Numbered from the stretch's first letter, positions 37,533 to 46,491 are shown. The stretch: DNA of 64,000 nucleotides from an uncultured Candidatus Poseidoniales archaeon (GCA_964570065.1 CAZMVZ010000003.1:7512-71511); one strand, 5' to 3'. Notes: generated from the sequence alone by a model not told the origin. Translations and numbers: made by a program.

Positions 37533-38717
37533 ATGAATCACATTCCCGGGAACCGTTATGGGCCAGCCTCCCGAGGAGGACTTGTGCGGTCGGTAATTGT
37601 CGATTGGCGGAGGTCCCCGTTTACCAAGGCACACAAGGGTGCTCTTTCGGGTACAAGGCCAGATGACTTCGCCGGCCAGGTAATCCATGCACTCATGCGG
37701 AACTCCACAATTGAAACAAATGAAATCGACGACATTATCGTCGGCTGTGCTTATCCCGAGGGGGAACAAGGATACAACATCGGTCGTCTAATGTCATTCC
37801 TAGGGGGGTTTCCCCCGGAAGTCCCCGGTTCAACAATTAACAGACTATGCGGATCCTCAATGCAGGCAATCCTTGCTGCATCGGCTCAGGTTTCCGCGGG
37901 TTGGGGAGATTGCTTCTTGTGCGGGGGTATTGAGTCAATGTCCCGGGTTAAAAGAAGGGGATTTAATTGGAGTCCGAACCCGACTTTGGAGAAAGAAATG
38001 CCTCAGGCTTACATTAACATGGGAATTACTGCGGAAAATGTTGCAGAGCTACACCGAATCTCCAGAGAAGAACAGGAAGAGTTCGCACTCAATTCCCATT
38101 TGAAAGCAGTAAAGGCGAATTTGGAGAAGAATTTCTCCGAGGAGTTGGTTTCCATAAATTCCGATGGCAGTGAAATCTCACAAGACGATTGTATAAGGCC
38201 AGAATCCACCCTTGATTCAATGTCTAGGCTTAGGCCGGCATTTGTTGAAGGGGGCTCTGTTACTGCCGCAACATCATCGCCACTTACTGACGGGGCCGTA
38301 TTCTCGTTAATTTGTAGTGAGGAGTTTGCAATTTCACACTCGCTCAGGCCTATGGCTGCAATCGTAGCTGGCGCAGTTACTGGATGCCATCCAGAATTAA
38401 TGGGACTAGGCCCAATATCATCCACCAATCTAGCCCTCGAAAGAGCAGGATGGGATGTATCTGACATCGATGTTTTCGAATTGAATGAGGCATTTTCCTC
38501 ACAGAGTATTGCCTGTATTAGGGAATTAGATTTGAATCCAGAGATTGTAAATATTGATGGTGGGGCCCTTGCAATAGGCCACCCTCTCGGCGCATCCGGC
38601 GCAAGAATAGCTTGCAAAGCCGCGAGCATTTTGTATAGAACAGGCAAACAAAGAGCAATGGCTTCCATGTGCATAGGGGGGGGAATGGGTATTTCCATAG
38701 CTCTCGAATCTTTGTGA
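37533..38717 (+). CDS. acetyl-CoA C-acetyl/acyltransferase (classical thiolase II type)
   Basis: Matching blocks are NRLCGSSMQAI (nucleophilic Cys), NEAFSSQ, GGALAIGHPLGASGARI and MCIGGGMGIS. Confidence 0.85.
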   Translation: MNHIPGNRYGPASRGGLVRSVIVDWRRSPFTKAHKGALSGTRPDDFAGQVIHALMRNSTIETNEIDDIIVGCAYPEGEQGYNIGRLMSFLGGFPPEVPGSTINRLCGSSMQAILAASAQVSAGWGDCFLCGGIESMSRVKRRGFNWSPNPTLEKEMPQAYINMGITAENVAELHRISREEQEEFALNSHLKAVKANLEKNFSEELVSINSDGSEISQDDCIRPESTLDSMSRLRPAFVEGGSVTAATSSPLTDGAVFSLICSEEFAISHSLRPMAAIVAGAVTGCHPELMGLGPISSTNLALERAGWDVSDIDVFELNEAFSSQSIACIRELDLNPEIVNIDGGALAIGHPLGASGARIACKAASILYRTGKQRAMASMCIGGGMGISIALESL

Positions 38718-38760
38718 CACATATCGACGCCCTCATCAATGACCCACCAATAGCAAGAAC

Positions 38761-39954
38761 GTGAGTGGGGATACCGGCGTCACTGTCCAGGGGTCTAGTC
38801 TGGAAGGCAAAAGAGTCATCCTCGCTGTTTCCGGGGGAATTGCCGCAACAGAGTCGATTAAGCTGGCGAGGGAGCTAAGAAGGCACGGGGCAGACGTTTT
38901 CCCTATGATGAGTAATTCTGCAGAGGGAGTAATTTCCCCACTTGCATTGTCCTGGGGGTCCGGAGTCGAAGTCATCACGAAGTGGGATCCAGAAATGACA
39001 CAATTGGATGATTTTGATGGACTAATTCTTGCACCAGCCACACGAAATTCAATTGCCAAATTCACTCATGGAATACTTGATTCGCCTATGATGATGGCGC
39101 TTTCTGCAGCATCAGGGCAAAGGATACCAATGTTGTTCGTACCGTCTATGCACAACGACTTGTTCCATGACGCCGTAACATTGGACCTTCTCTCGTCTTT
39201 GGAAGAACTAGGGGTGAAAGTGCTGTTGGAAGAGCCTTCCGAGGGTAGGAGGAAACAACCAAGTGCGACAAAAATTGTTGCTCAGTACTGCAATATGACA
39301 AATAGTAGACTGGAGCGGCGCAAGAGGGTTGTAGTGACATTGGGTGGAAACGTAGCACAAATCGACTCTGTCAGAAGAATCGTGAACGCTTCCACGGGCA
39401 AAACTGGATGGGCAATAGCAGAGCATCTGCATAGGATGGGGCATGATGTGGTGTGCGTAGTTGGTCATACAACCTGTGATTCTACATTTCCTCTACCGGA
39501 CGTACGATTAGACGAATCACCAGGGGGGATGCTAAACGAATCGATCCAACTTGCCAATACTTCACCAGATCCACAATTCTGGATTCATGCAGCAGCAATT
39601 CTAGATTATGAGCCCGAATATAATAGTGGAAAAATTCCTAGTGGCATTGACAATTGGAACATCGAACTCTCTCCCACAAAGAAACATCTCCAAGTTCTAA
39701 AGGAGCATGTTCGAGGCTCAAAGAGGATAGGATTCAAGCTAGAGGTTGGAGTAGATGAAGAAACGCTAATCTCCAAATCTATGGGTCTAATTTCAGACAA
39801 CGATCTTGTAGCAGTAGTCGCCAATCTTCTGGATGAGGTCCATAACTCATCCTCGAAAAGATGCAGAATAGTATTCTCGAATGGCAATGTGGAAAACATC
39901 GAGGATTTGTCAGGATTGTGTAAGAAAATTGAGGGAATCATCGTTTCAAACTGA
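38761..39954 (+). CDS. coaBC: bifunctional phosphopantothenoylcysteine decarboxylase/phosphopantothenate-cysteine ligase
   Basis: The N-terminal flavoprotein domain has KRVILAVSGGIAATESIKLARELRRHGADV. The CoaB domain has VVVTLGGNVAQIDSVRRIVNASTGKTG. Confidence 0.85.
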   Translation: MSGDTGVTVQGSSLEGKRVILAVSGGIAATESIKLARELRRHGADVFPMMSNSAEGVISPLALSWGSGVEVITKWDPEMTQLDDFDGLILAPATRNSIAKFTHGILDSPMMMALSAASGQRIPMLFVPSMHNDLFHDAVTLDLLSSLEELGVKVLLEEPSEGRRKQPSATKIVAQYCNMTNSRLERRKRVVVTLGGNVAQIDSVRRIVNASTGKTGWAIAEHLHRMGHDVVCVVGHTTCDSTFPLPDVRLDESPGGMLNESIQLANTSPDPQFWIHAAAILDYEPEYNSGKIPSGIDNWNIELSPTKKHLQVLKEHVRGSKRIGFKLEVGVDEETLISKSMGLISDNDLVAVVANLLDEVHNSSSKRCRIVFSNGNVENIEDLSGLCKKIEGIIVSN

Positions 39955-40005
39955 CTCTCGGACTTAAACGAATCATTCAAGCACTACTCCATATGGGAAA
40001 AGAAC

Positions 40006-41523
40006 GTGGCGAATCACTCTAAGGCTAAGAGGGGAATCCCCCCAAAGTCGGATTTCAATTCATGGTACCCTGCAATTGTAGAGATAGCAGACCTTGTCGA
40101 CAAGAGGTACCCCATCAAGGGGATGGATGTCTGGAAGCCATACGGCCTTTCCGCAATGAACCTGATTGACCAACTGGCTAGGGAAGAGATGTTACGCACT
40201 GGTCATCACGAGTATCGTTTCCCTCTGTTGGTGCCAGAGGGGCTACTCGACAAAGAGAATAGACTAGTTTCCAGGTTGAAGGCCGCTCGTGAAGCGGGTG
40301 TAGACCCTTCTGAATTAAGATTAGAAGAGGAGGAGTCTGGATTCAAGAAAGAAGTATACTGGGTAACTCACGGTGGTGAGAATAAACTGGAGATCCCGAT
40401 GTTCCTGAGGCCTACTTCCGAGACTCCCATGTACACAATGTTTTCACTATGGGTCAGGAGTCATGCTGATTTGCCGTTGAAGACATTCCAGATTGTAAAC
40501 ACCTTCAGATATGAGACAAAACAGACTCGTTCTTTTATCAGGGTTAGAGAGATTCATTTCTTCGAGGCCCATACAGTACATGCTGATCAAAATGGGGCAG
40601 ACATGCAGATTCAGGAGGATGCGGAAATGGTCCAGAGGATAATGCATGATCTCTGCCTCCCATCGCTGGTTTCCAAGAGGCCGGTGTGGGATACCTTCCC
40701 GGGCGCATGGTACACCAAGGCTGCTGACGTTGTGATGCCTAATGGAAGGACATTGCAGGTAGCGACATATCACCACTATCGGGATCAGTGGGCCGGTGCT
40801 TTCGATCTGTCATACGAAGATCCAAATGGCGAGACACAAATGTGTCACCAAACGACATTCGGAATGTCTGAGAGGTTACTCGGTGCAGTCGTCGGAATGC
40901 ACGGTGATGACAAAGGCCTGGTAATGCCACCTTCAATCGCTCCATTCCAAGTTGTGGTGATGCCTGTGGCTTCTCATTCGGATGGAAATGTAATCCCCGC
41001 TGTTCAGGCCCTGGCCGCCGACCTAAACGCCAGCGGCCTCAGGGCCACAGTCGATTCAAGAGACGTTAGACCCGGAGTGAAGCACTATGATTGGGAGATC
41101 AAAGGAGTCCCAATCAGGGTTGAACTAGGACCGAGAGATCTAAAATCGAGCAAATGCGTTGCAACTCTAAGGACTGGGGGGAAGGTTGAGATTGATTTGG
41201 ACGACGCACCTGCGAAGATTAGGGAAATGCTACTGGAGATCTCCGATGAACTGCGAAACAGGGCCAACTCGCTTGTATCCGATCTTATCCAGGAATTCCC
41301 CATTGAGAATCTCGATTCCAAAGATAACACCGACTCCGTAATTGATGATGGAATAGTCTACGAGATCGCTTTCGACGGAAATGACTCAGATGCAGAGTTC
41401 CTCGAGAGGAAGACAGGATTGACACTGTTGGGAGAATGCGATGAACCCTTTGGAGAACCGAGGAAATGCTTAGTTACTCATAATCCTACTACAAAGAAGC
41501 AGTACATTGCAAGGATGTACTAG
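40006..41523 (+). CDS. proS: prolyl-tRNA synthetase (archaeal/eukaryote-like type)
   Basis: FNSWYPAIVEIADLVDKRYPIKGMDVWKPYG, FRYETKQTRSFIRVREIHFFEAHT and a C-terminal Tyr (IARMY) are characteristic of this ProRS type. Confidence 0.9.
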   Translation: MANHSKAKRGIPPKSDFNSWYPAIVEIADLVDKRYPIKGMDVWKPYGLSAMNLIDQLAREEMLRTGHHEYRFPLLVPEGLLDKENRLVSRLKAAREAGVDPSELRLEEEESGFKKEVYWVTHGGENKLEIPMFLRPTSETPMYTMFSLWVRSHADLPLKTFQIVNTFRYETKQTRSFIRVREIHFFEAHTVHADQNGADMQIQEDAEMVQRIMHDLCLPSLVSKRPVWDTFPGAWYTKAADVVMPNGRTLQVATYHHYRDQWAGAFDLSYEDPNGETQMCHQTTFGMSERLLGAVVGMHGDDKGLVMPPSIAPFQVVVMPVASHSDGNVIPAVQALAADLNASGLRATVDSRDVRPGVKHYDWEIKGVPIRVELGPRDLKSSKCVATLRTGGKVEIDLDDAPAKIREMLLEISDELRNRANSLVSDLIQEFPIENLDSKDNTDSVIDDGIVYEIAFDGNDSDAEFLERKTGLTLLGECDEPFGEPRKCLVTHNPTTKKQYIARMY

Positions 41524-42110
41524 TGACCTTTCTTCGAAATCACTCCGAAGACGGCAACTATAGTGAAAATTACAATTAGAACCAAGTCGCCAATCAGTAT
41601 CTCGGTCATTGGTTTGACCCATGAGTCAACCTCATGCAAACGATCGTAAGTATAGCCCTCAGTCCACACTACCTTAGTCTGCCCGTAATCATCATTGCAT
41701 ATTTGCCTCATATTCGCCGCCCCAACAGAGCACAGAGCAGCACCCATCCCTATTGTCATGTTGAAAACTGTTACAATGGCGCCAAAAATCCCTGAAAATA
41801 GTACAAACCAACGTCTCCGTGCTCTATTACCAGCATCCTCACTCTTCATTTCGGATAAATCTGGTACGAAATCCGGGAGGCTAACGTCTTCAGAAATCAC
41901 TCCAATATCTACAACTGTTTCCACGGGTCCAATTATTGGAGCTTGGACCCCTAGTTCCTCCAGAGCTTCACTTCCATATATCCTCTCGGCCATAGAGTAA
42001 AGGTCAGCATCGCCCTCTATTTCGACAGCGTCAATATCCCCTTCTAGAAGTCGCCTAACTGCCTCTGGGTCGGGCATATGAAAAATCCTCGGAATCAAGG
42101 GACGTATCAA
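41520..42110 (-). CDS. hypothetical membrane protein (acidic N-terminal domain, two TM helices)
   Basis: Hydrophobic spans are WFVLFSGIFGAIVTVF and LIGDLVLIVIFTIVAVFGVI. I recognise no family. Confidence 0.4.
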   Translation of the reverse strand: MIRPLIPRIFHMPDPEAVRRLLEGDIDAVEIEGDADLYSMAERIYGSEALEELGVQAPIIGPVETVVDIGVISEDVSLPDFVPDLSEMKSEDAGNRARRRWFVLFSGIFGAIVTVFNMTIGMGAALCSVGAANMRQICNDDYGQTKVVWTEGYTYDRLHEVDSWVKPMTEILIGDLVLIVIFTIVAVFGVISKKGH

Positions 42111-42132
42111 ATGAACCCCATTACGGACAAGT

Positions 42133-43089
42133 TCAAGAGGAGTTTTTCCGGTTTATCGAGTTCCGCACTGCCTGACAAATCTCTTCGCTTGTCAAACCTA
42201 CTTCTTCCATTAACTCTGATGTGCCCCCACTTTCTCCGAATCTGTCCCTTACTCCCACCATCTCCAGTGGGATCGGTTTGTTTGTAGATAGCCATTCTGA
42301 TATTGCACCTCCAAGGCCTCCGATAACCGAGTGATCCTCGGCCGATACAAAGCATCCACATCTTTCCGCTAGCTTTGATAACAACTCTATGTCTAGCGGT
42401 TTGATTGTATGCATATCAACTACAGTGCAATCGATACCCTCTTTCGCAAGTTTAGCTGATGCATTCCGAGCCCGCTCTACCATCACCCCACATGCGAATA
42501 TAGCAACGTCGCCTCCTTCTTCAAGGACCGAACCAACTCCAATGCTCAATCCCATTTTACTTCCTTCATCATACATTCTGGGTACTTTGTTCCTTGCAGT
42601 TCTCATGTACGAGGGGCCTTGGACGTCTAATAGCTGTACCGTCAACTCTTCCGCTGATAAATCATCACATGGGTGAATGACTGTCATTTTGGGGATTGAT
42701 CTGTAAATCGACAAATCTTCTATTGACTGCGCGCTGCTCCCATCAGTACCTGTGTGAATACCACCATGACTTCCGCAAATGTGCACCTTAAGACCGGGTC
42801 GTGCTATCCCGTTGCGTACCTGCTCGAAAGCCCTCTCAGTGAAAATAGCGAATGTGCTTGCAAAGGGAACCTTTCCGGAGGATGCCATTCCTGCAGCAAC
42901 CAGCATCATATTTTGCTCTGCAATACCCAACGATATTGTCCTCTCTGGGAACTTTTCACGGAAATGGCATGATTTTGTCGACTTGCCCAAATCCGCCTCT
43001 AATACTACCACACGTGGGTCATCCGAGAGTCTGAGAAGTGCTTTCCCATATCCGTCACGCGAGGCCCCTTCACTCGATGGAGCACTCAT
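42133..43089 (-). CDS. transketolase, C-terminal (pyrimidine-binding) subunit
   Basis: GIAEQNMMLVAAGMASSGKVPFASTFAIF is present. It has an ATGA-type overlap with the N-terminal subunit gene. Confidence 0.85.
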   Translation of the reverse strand: MSAPSSEGASRDGYGKALLRLSDDPRVVVLEADLGKSTKSCHFREKFPERTISLGIAEQNMMLVAAGMASSGKVPFASTFAIFTERAFEQVRNGIARPGLKVHICGSHGGIHTGTDGSSAQSIEDLSIYRSIPKMTVIHPCDDLSAEELTVQLLDVQGPSYMRTARNKVPRMYDEGSKMGLSIGVGSVLEEGGDVAIFACGVMVERARNASAKLAKEGIDCTVVDMHTIKPLDIELLSKLAERCGCFVSAEDHSVIGGLGGAISEWLSTNKPIPLEMVGVRDRFGESGGTSELMEEVGLTSEEICQAVRNSINRKNSS

Positions 43090-43964
43090 GATAATTCCTC
43101 CAGGGCAATAGCCAACTGCTCATCATCGGGGGCCTTTCCATGAAATTCGGGATTGTCCTCCATGAACGAAACACCCCGCCCCTTGGTAGTGTTTGCAATA
43201 ATTGCAATGGGCCCCAAATCAGAAGTTTCTGTCCAGCGCAAGGTCTCAACTAGTTCAGCCATATTGTGACCGTCTACTTCTCGGACACTCCAACCAAAAG
43301 ACTCGAACTTCGCCCCTATATCTCCAATTTCCATCTGGACTCCCATGAAGTCATCATTCTGTATCCTGTTTCTATCAATGATCACCCGCAGATTTTTCGC
43401 ATTGTGATAATTTGCCGCCATCACAGCCTCCCAGATTTGCCCTTCCTGTGTTTCCCCATCGCCGAGCATTACCCAGATGCGCCTTTCGCTGGAATCCATT
43501 CTGGCCGATAACGCGCACCCTAGTCCGAACGACAAGCCCATTCCTAGACTGCCAGCGGAAAAATCGACTCCATCTGTCCAATTCATATCTACGTGACCCT
43601 GGCAAACAGAGCCTAGGGTCCTGAAACCCATTAGGTCACTTTCCTCAAGAACCCCCATCTGGTGTAGGAGGGCGTACATTGCAGGGCTTGCATGGCCCTT
43701 GCTCATCACAAACCTGTCTCGGTCATCCCAGTTTGGGTTACTCGTGTCGAACCTTAGGCTGGTCCCATATAGCGCCACCATGCAGTCAATGGCTGATAGA
43801 GACCCACCGGGATGGCCCGCCCCTGCTGCATGGGTCATCTTAACAATATCAATTCTGCATTGTCTTGCCATTTCCTCTAGTTCCGCAATTCTGTCTTGCG
43901 CTGCATCGCCCACGAAATAGAATTCTGGAGTAGGGCTATTGATAGTTTTCAATGTCCTTTTCAC
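43086..43964 (-). CDS. transketolase, N-terminal (TPP-binding) subunit
   Basis: Matching blocks are GAGHPGGSLSAIDCMVALY, GSLGMGLSFGLG and LGDGETQEGQIWEA. Confidence 0.85.
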   Translation of the reverse strand: MKRTLKTINSPTPEFYFVGDAAQDRIAELEEMARQCRIDIVKMTHAAGAGHPGGSLSAIDCMVALYGTSLRFDTSNPNWDDRDRFVMSKGHASPAMYALLHQMGVLEESDLMGFRTLGSVCQGHVDMNWTDGVDFSAGSLGMGLSFGLGCALSARMDSSERRIWVMLGDGETQEGQIWEAVMAANYHNAKNLRVIIDRNRIQNDDFMGVQMEIGDIGAKFESFGWSVREVDGHNMAELVETLRWTETSDLGPIAIIANTTKGRGVSFMEDNPEFHGKAPDDEQLAIALEELS

Positions 43965-43993
43965 AACTATCTAGCAGAGTGATTCAAATCATA

Positions 43994-44001
43994 CCATTTA
44001 C
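43994..44001. promoter_or_regulatory. A/T-rich TATA-like element (CCATTTAC) in the 52-nt divergent transketolase/mqn intergenic region
   Basis: It is the only A/T-rich element in the gap. It lies about 34 nt from the transketolase ATG (43964) and 19-25 nt from the two candidate ATGs (44017, 44023) of the radical SAM gene. Confidence 0.25.
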
Positions 44002-44016
44002 TCGCATTGATTAGAG

Positions 44017-45216
44017 ATGCTAATGGGATCCATATTAGAGAAAGATTGGAGGGCAGAACTGTCCAAAATTCCTATACCAATTTCTGTAAAAAACGACACA
44101 TTACTCTCACTTTCACTGGGGATTCTAATCGAAGGGGGAAGGATTCCAAAGGACGTCGGTTCCGATTTGCACAGGAATTCTGATCTCCCCGGCCTTACTG
44201 CACTAGCAAGTATGATTAAGCAATCCAGATTTGGCAATCATGTATTCTTTAACGAAAATCTACACGTAAATACTACGAACGTCTGTACTCTAGCTTGCCG
44301 TTTCTGTGCCTTCAGGAAGGGGTCAAGGCATAGTGAGGCATATTCACTTTCTGCAGAGGAGTTTGTATCTAGGATTGAGCCATATCGTGGATTAATTGAT
44401 GAGGTACACGCTGTTGGTGGCTTGCATCCAGAATGGACCATAGATAATTACTCGGAGATTTACGAGATGACAAAGAGAAACTTCCCCGAAATTAGCATCA
44501 AGTCACTGACTGCGGTAGAAGTGAAGCACATAGCATCTAGATCACAACTTTCGATAAAGGAGACTCTCAAGTCTCTGAAGAAATCAGGCCTCAATTCTCT
44601 GCCGGGGGGCGGGGCCGAAATATTGGTGGACTCAATTAGAGATCGGATATGCATGGGGAAGGAGAAGTCATCGGAATACTTGGAAATCCATGCAATTGCT
44701 CACGGACTAGGTATCCCTACAAATTGTACAATGCTATTCGGAACTATAGAGACTATCGAGGATAGAATGACGCACTTCGAAATGCTAAGAAACCAGCAGG
44801 ACAAATCTGGCGGTTTCCAGTGCTTCGTCCCTTATCCTTTCCTGGAAGACAATACCCGACTCCCAGAAGCCAAGTTAGCATCAGGTGAGGAGGTAATCAG
44901 AGTAATTGCTTTGTCCCGAATAATGTTAGATAACATCCCACACATCAAGGCTTACAGGATGAACATCGGCGACCACCTTGCTTCAATAGCAATCAATTCG
45001 GGCGCCGATGATATCGATGGTACAGTCGGCCATGAGGAGATTATGCACTTAGCTGGGAGTGCCACGAGTACTGATTATGACAGTTCTAAACTAGCCCGAC
45101 TAATCGAATCAGCTGGTCAAGAACCTGTGAAGAGGGACTCCACTTACGAAAGATTCGAATCGTTTGACTCCGAGTTAATGGGAGAAAAATTGGTTCTGCC
45201 AATAGTAGGTCAGTGA
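44017..45216 (+). CDS. radical SAM enzyme of the futalosine pathway (MqnE/MqnC family)
   Basis: NTTNVCTLACRFCAF contains CX3CX2C. LFGTIETIEDRMTHFEMLRNQQDKSGGFQCFVPYPF is typical of the MqnC/MqnE/CofH clade. It is adjacent to mqnA. I cannot separate MqnE from MqnC by eye. Confidence 0.7.
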   Translation: MLMGSILEKDWRAELSKIPIPISVKNDTLLSLSLGILIEGGRIPKDVGSDLHRNSDLPGLTALASMIKQSRFGNHVFFNENLHVNTTNVCTLACRFCAFRKGSRHSEAYSLSAEEFVSRIEPYRGLIDEVHAVGGLHPEWTIDNYSEIYEMTKRNFPEISIKSLTAVEVKHIASRSQLSIKETLKSLKKSGLNSLPGGGAEILVDSIRDRICMGKEKSSEYLEIHAIAHGLGIPTNCTMLFGTIETIEDRMTHFEMLRNQQDKSGGFQCFVPYPFLEDNTRLPEAKLASGEEVIRVIALSRIMLDNIPHIKAYRMNIGDHLASIAINSGADDIDGTVGHEEIMHLAGSATSTDYDSSKLARLIESAGQEPVKRDSTYERFESFDSELMGEKLVLPIVGQ

Positions 45217-45220
45217 CAGA

Positions 45221-46018
45221 ATGTCTTGGAAGAGGACTCTTGGTAGGGTTTCATTCATCAATTGCGAACCCATTTTCCATTCAATTGGCCAGAATTGGCA
45301 TATTCTGGCCGCACCTCCTTCATGGCTAACGGGGCACCTTCTTAGGAGGGATTGCATAACTGCTCCCATACCAGCGGCCGACTATGCAATAAATTTCAAT
45401 GAGCTAAATCTATTACGGGACATAGGAATAGTTGGTAGAGAGTCTGTTGGTTCTGTCATTCTTTTCGGCAACAGATCCCTTGAGTCAATGCGGGACATCG
45501 CATTACCCTCTGACTCATCGACATCAAACATGCTCCTGAAGTGGATTCTTGGACAGAGGTGCTTAGACCCAAAACTGGTACCAATGGGTCCAGACATAGA
45601 AACGATGCTGGGTGAATGCGATGGAGCGCTAATTATCGGGGACCGGGCATTATCAGCAGCACTCGCGAGCCCTGAACTTGTTAGGATGGATTTGAGCAGG
45701 GAGTGGACAAACATTACTGGTCTCCCGATGGTCTTTGGAGTATTTGCTGCTAGAAACGACTCTTCGCCAAGTATTGTCGATGAAGCAAGGGAATCAATGC
45801 TCAGAAGCTACAACGGATTCCTGATTGATGATGATACAAGGGGCGATGTAGTCTCTATTGCGTCGCAGAAGATTGGCCTCCCCTTGGGCAGAATTAGCAA
45901 ATATTTCGAATCTGAGGTTTCGAATATTCTCGACAAATCTTCCATCGAAGGACTGAGAGTGTTCCTCGATGAAGTGTGCAGGATGGGTTCGCAACCACGT
46001 TGGTTCGACTCTGTTTAA
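45221..46018 (+). CDS. mqnA: chorismate dehydratase MqnA (VitK2 biosynthesis family)
   Basis: LGRVSFINCEPIFHSI resembles the MqnA N-terminal block. The size is about 265 aa and it has mqn neighbours. Confidence 0.6.
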   Translation: MSWKRTLGRVSFINCEPIFHSIGQNWHILAAPPSWLTGHLLRRDCITAPIPAADYAINFNELNLLRDIGIVGRESVGSVILFGNRSLESMRDIALPSDSSTSNMLLKWILGQRCLDPKLVPMGPDIETMLGECDGALIIGDRALSAALASPELVRMDLSREWTNITGLPMVFGVFAARNDSSPSIVDEARESMLRSYNGFLIDDDTRGDVVSIASQKIGLPLGRISKYFESEVSNILDKSSIEGLRVFLDEVCRMGSQPRWFDSV

Positions 46019-46491
46019 TCCGTGTAATCTAACCTATCACTAGAAACCCAATTTAGTAAATCAATTGCCACTTCGCATGATTCGGCTACTACAATCTCAT
46101 CGTCCATTGCGAATTTCTCCAATGTCGCCATTGCAATTCTGTTTCCAATTGCACCTAGAGCCTCAGCAGCCTCGTGCCTAACCATGACATCCTCTCCCAT
46201 GTCCTCCAATCGGCTAATCAGATGTGGGACCGCATGATCATCCTGCATCTGCCCCAGTACGTATGCAACTTCATGCTTCAATAGTGCAGATGATGAGTCA
46301 AAGGCAGCAGCCAATGAGTCAACAGCATCCTTTCCCCCGATGTTCCTTAGAGCAAACAGGGCCCTCATCCGTTGGAACATCCGCTCTTCTTCATCACAGA
46401 GCCTTGCCCTAAGGTCCCCTACAGCCAAACTCTCGTTGGCTGGTGCAGGGTCAACCGAACCGAACTCGCTTACATCTGGTCTTTCTGTCAT
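46015..46491 (-). CDS. HEAT-repeat protein homologous to one half of deoxyhypusine hydroxylase (DOHH-like, two His-Glu motifs)
   Basis: RMRALFALRNIGG, SSALLKHEVAYVLGQMQ, VMVRHEAAEALGAIG and VVAESCEVAIDLLNW line up with the N-terminal half of human and yeast DOHH as I recall them. It has an ATGA overlap with the mqnD stop. Confidence 0.7.
   Translation of the reverse strand: MTERPDVSEFGSVDPAPANESLAVGDLRARLCDEEERMFQRMRALFALRNIGGKDAVDSLAAAFDSSSALLKHEVAYVLGQMQDDHAVPHLISRLEDMGEDVMVRHEAAEALGAIGNRIAMATLEKFAMDDEIVVAESCEVAIDLLNWVSSDRLDYTD

Noticed and set aside
38009-38722. Long antisense ORFs in the six-frame track: 38009..38722(-), 48192..48890(-), 26797..27570(-), 35579..36247(+), 2323..2922(+), 7936..8601(+), 20091..20618(+) and 29136..29564(+).
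   Set aside because: Each lies entirely opposite a gene with strong family motifs (thiolase, PriS, IPK, SRP54, RFC, PurB, UbiD). Each has Ser/Pro/Arg-rich, low-complexity composition typical of shadow frames, and none shows a recognisable motif.
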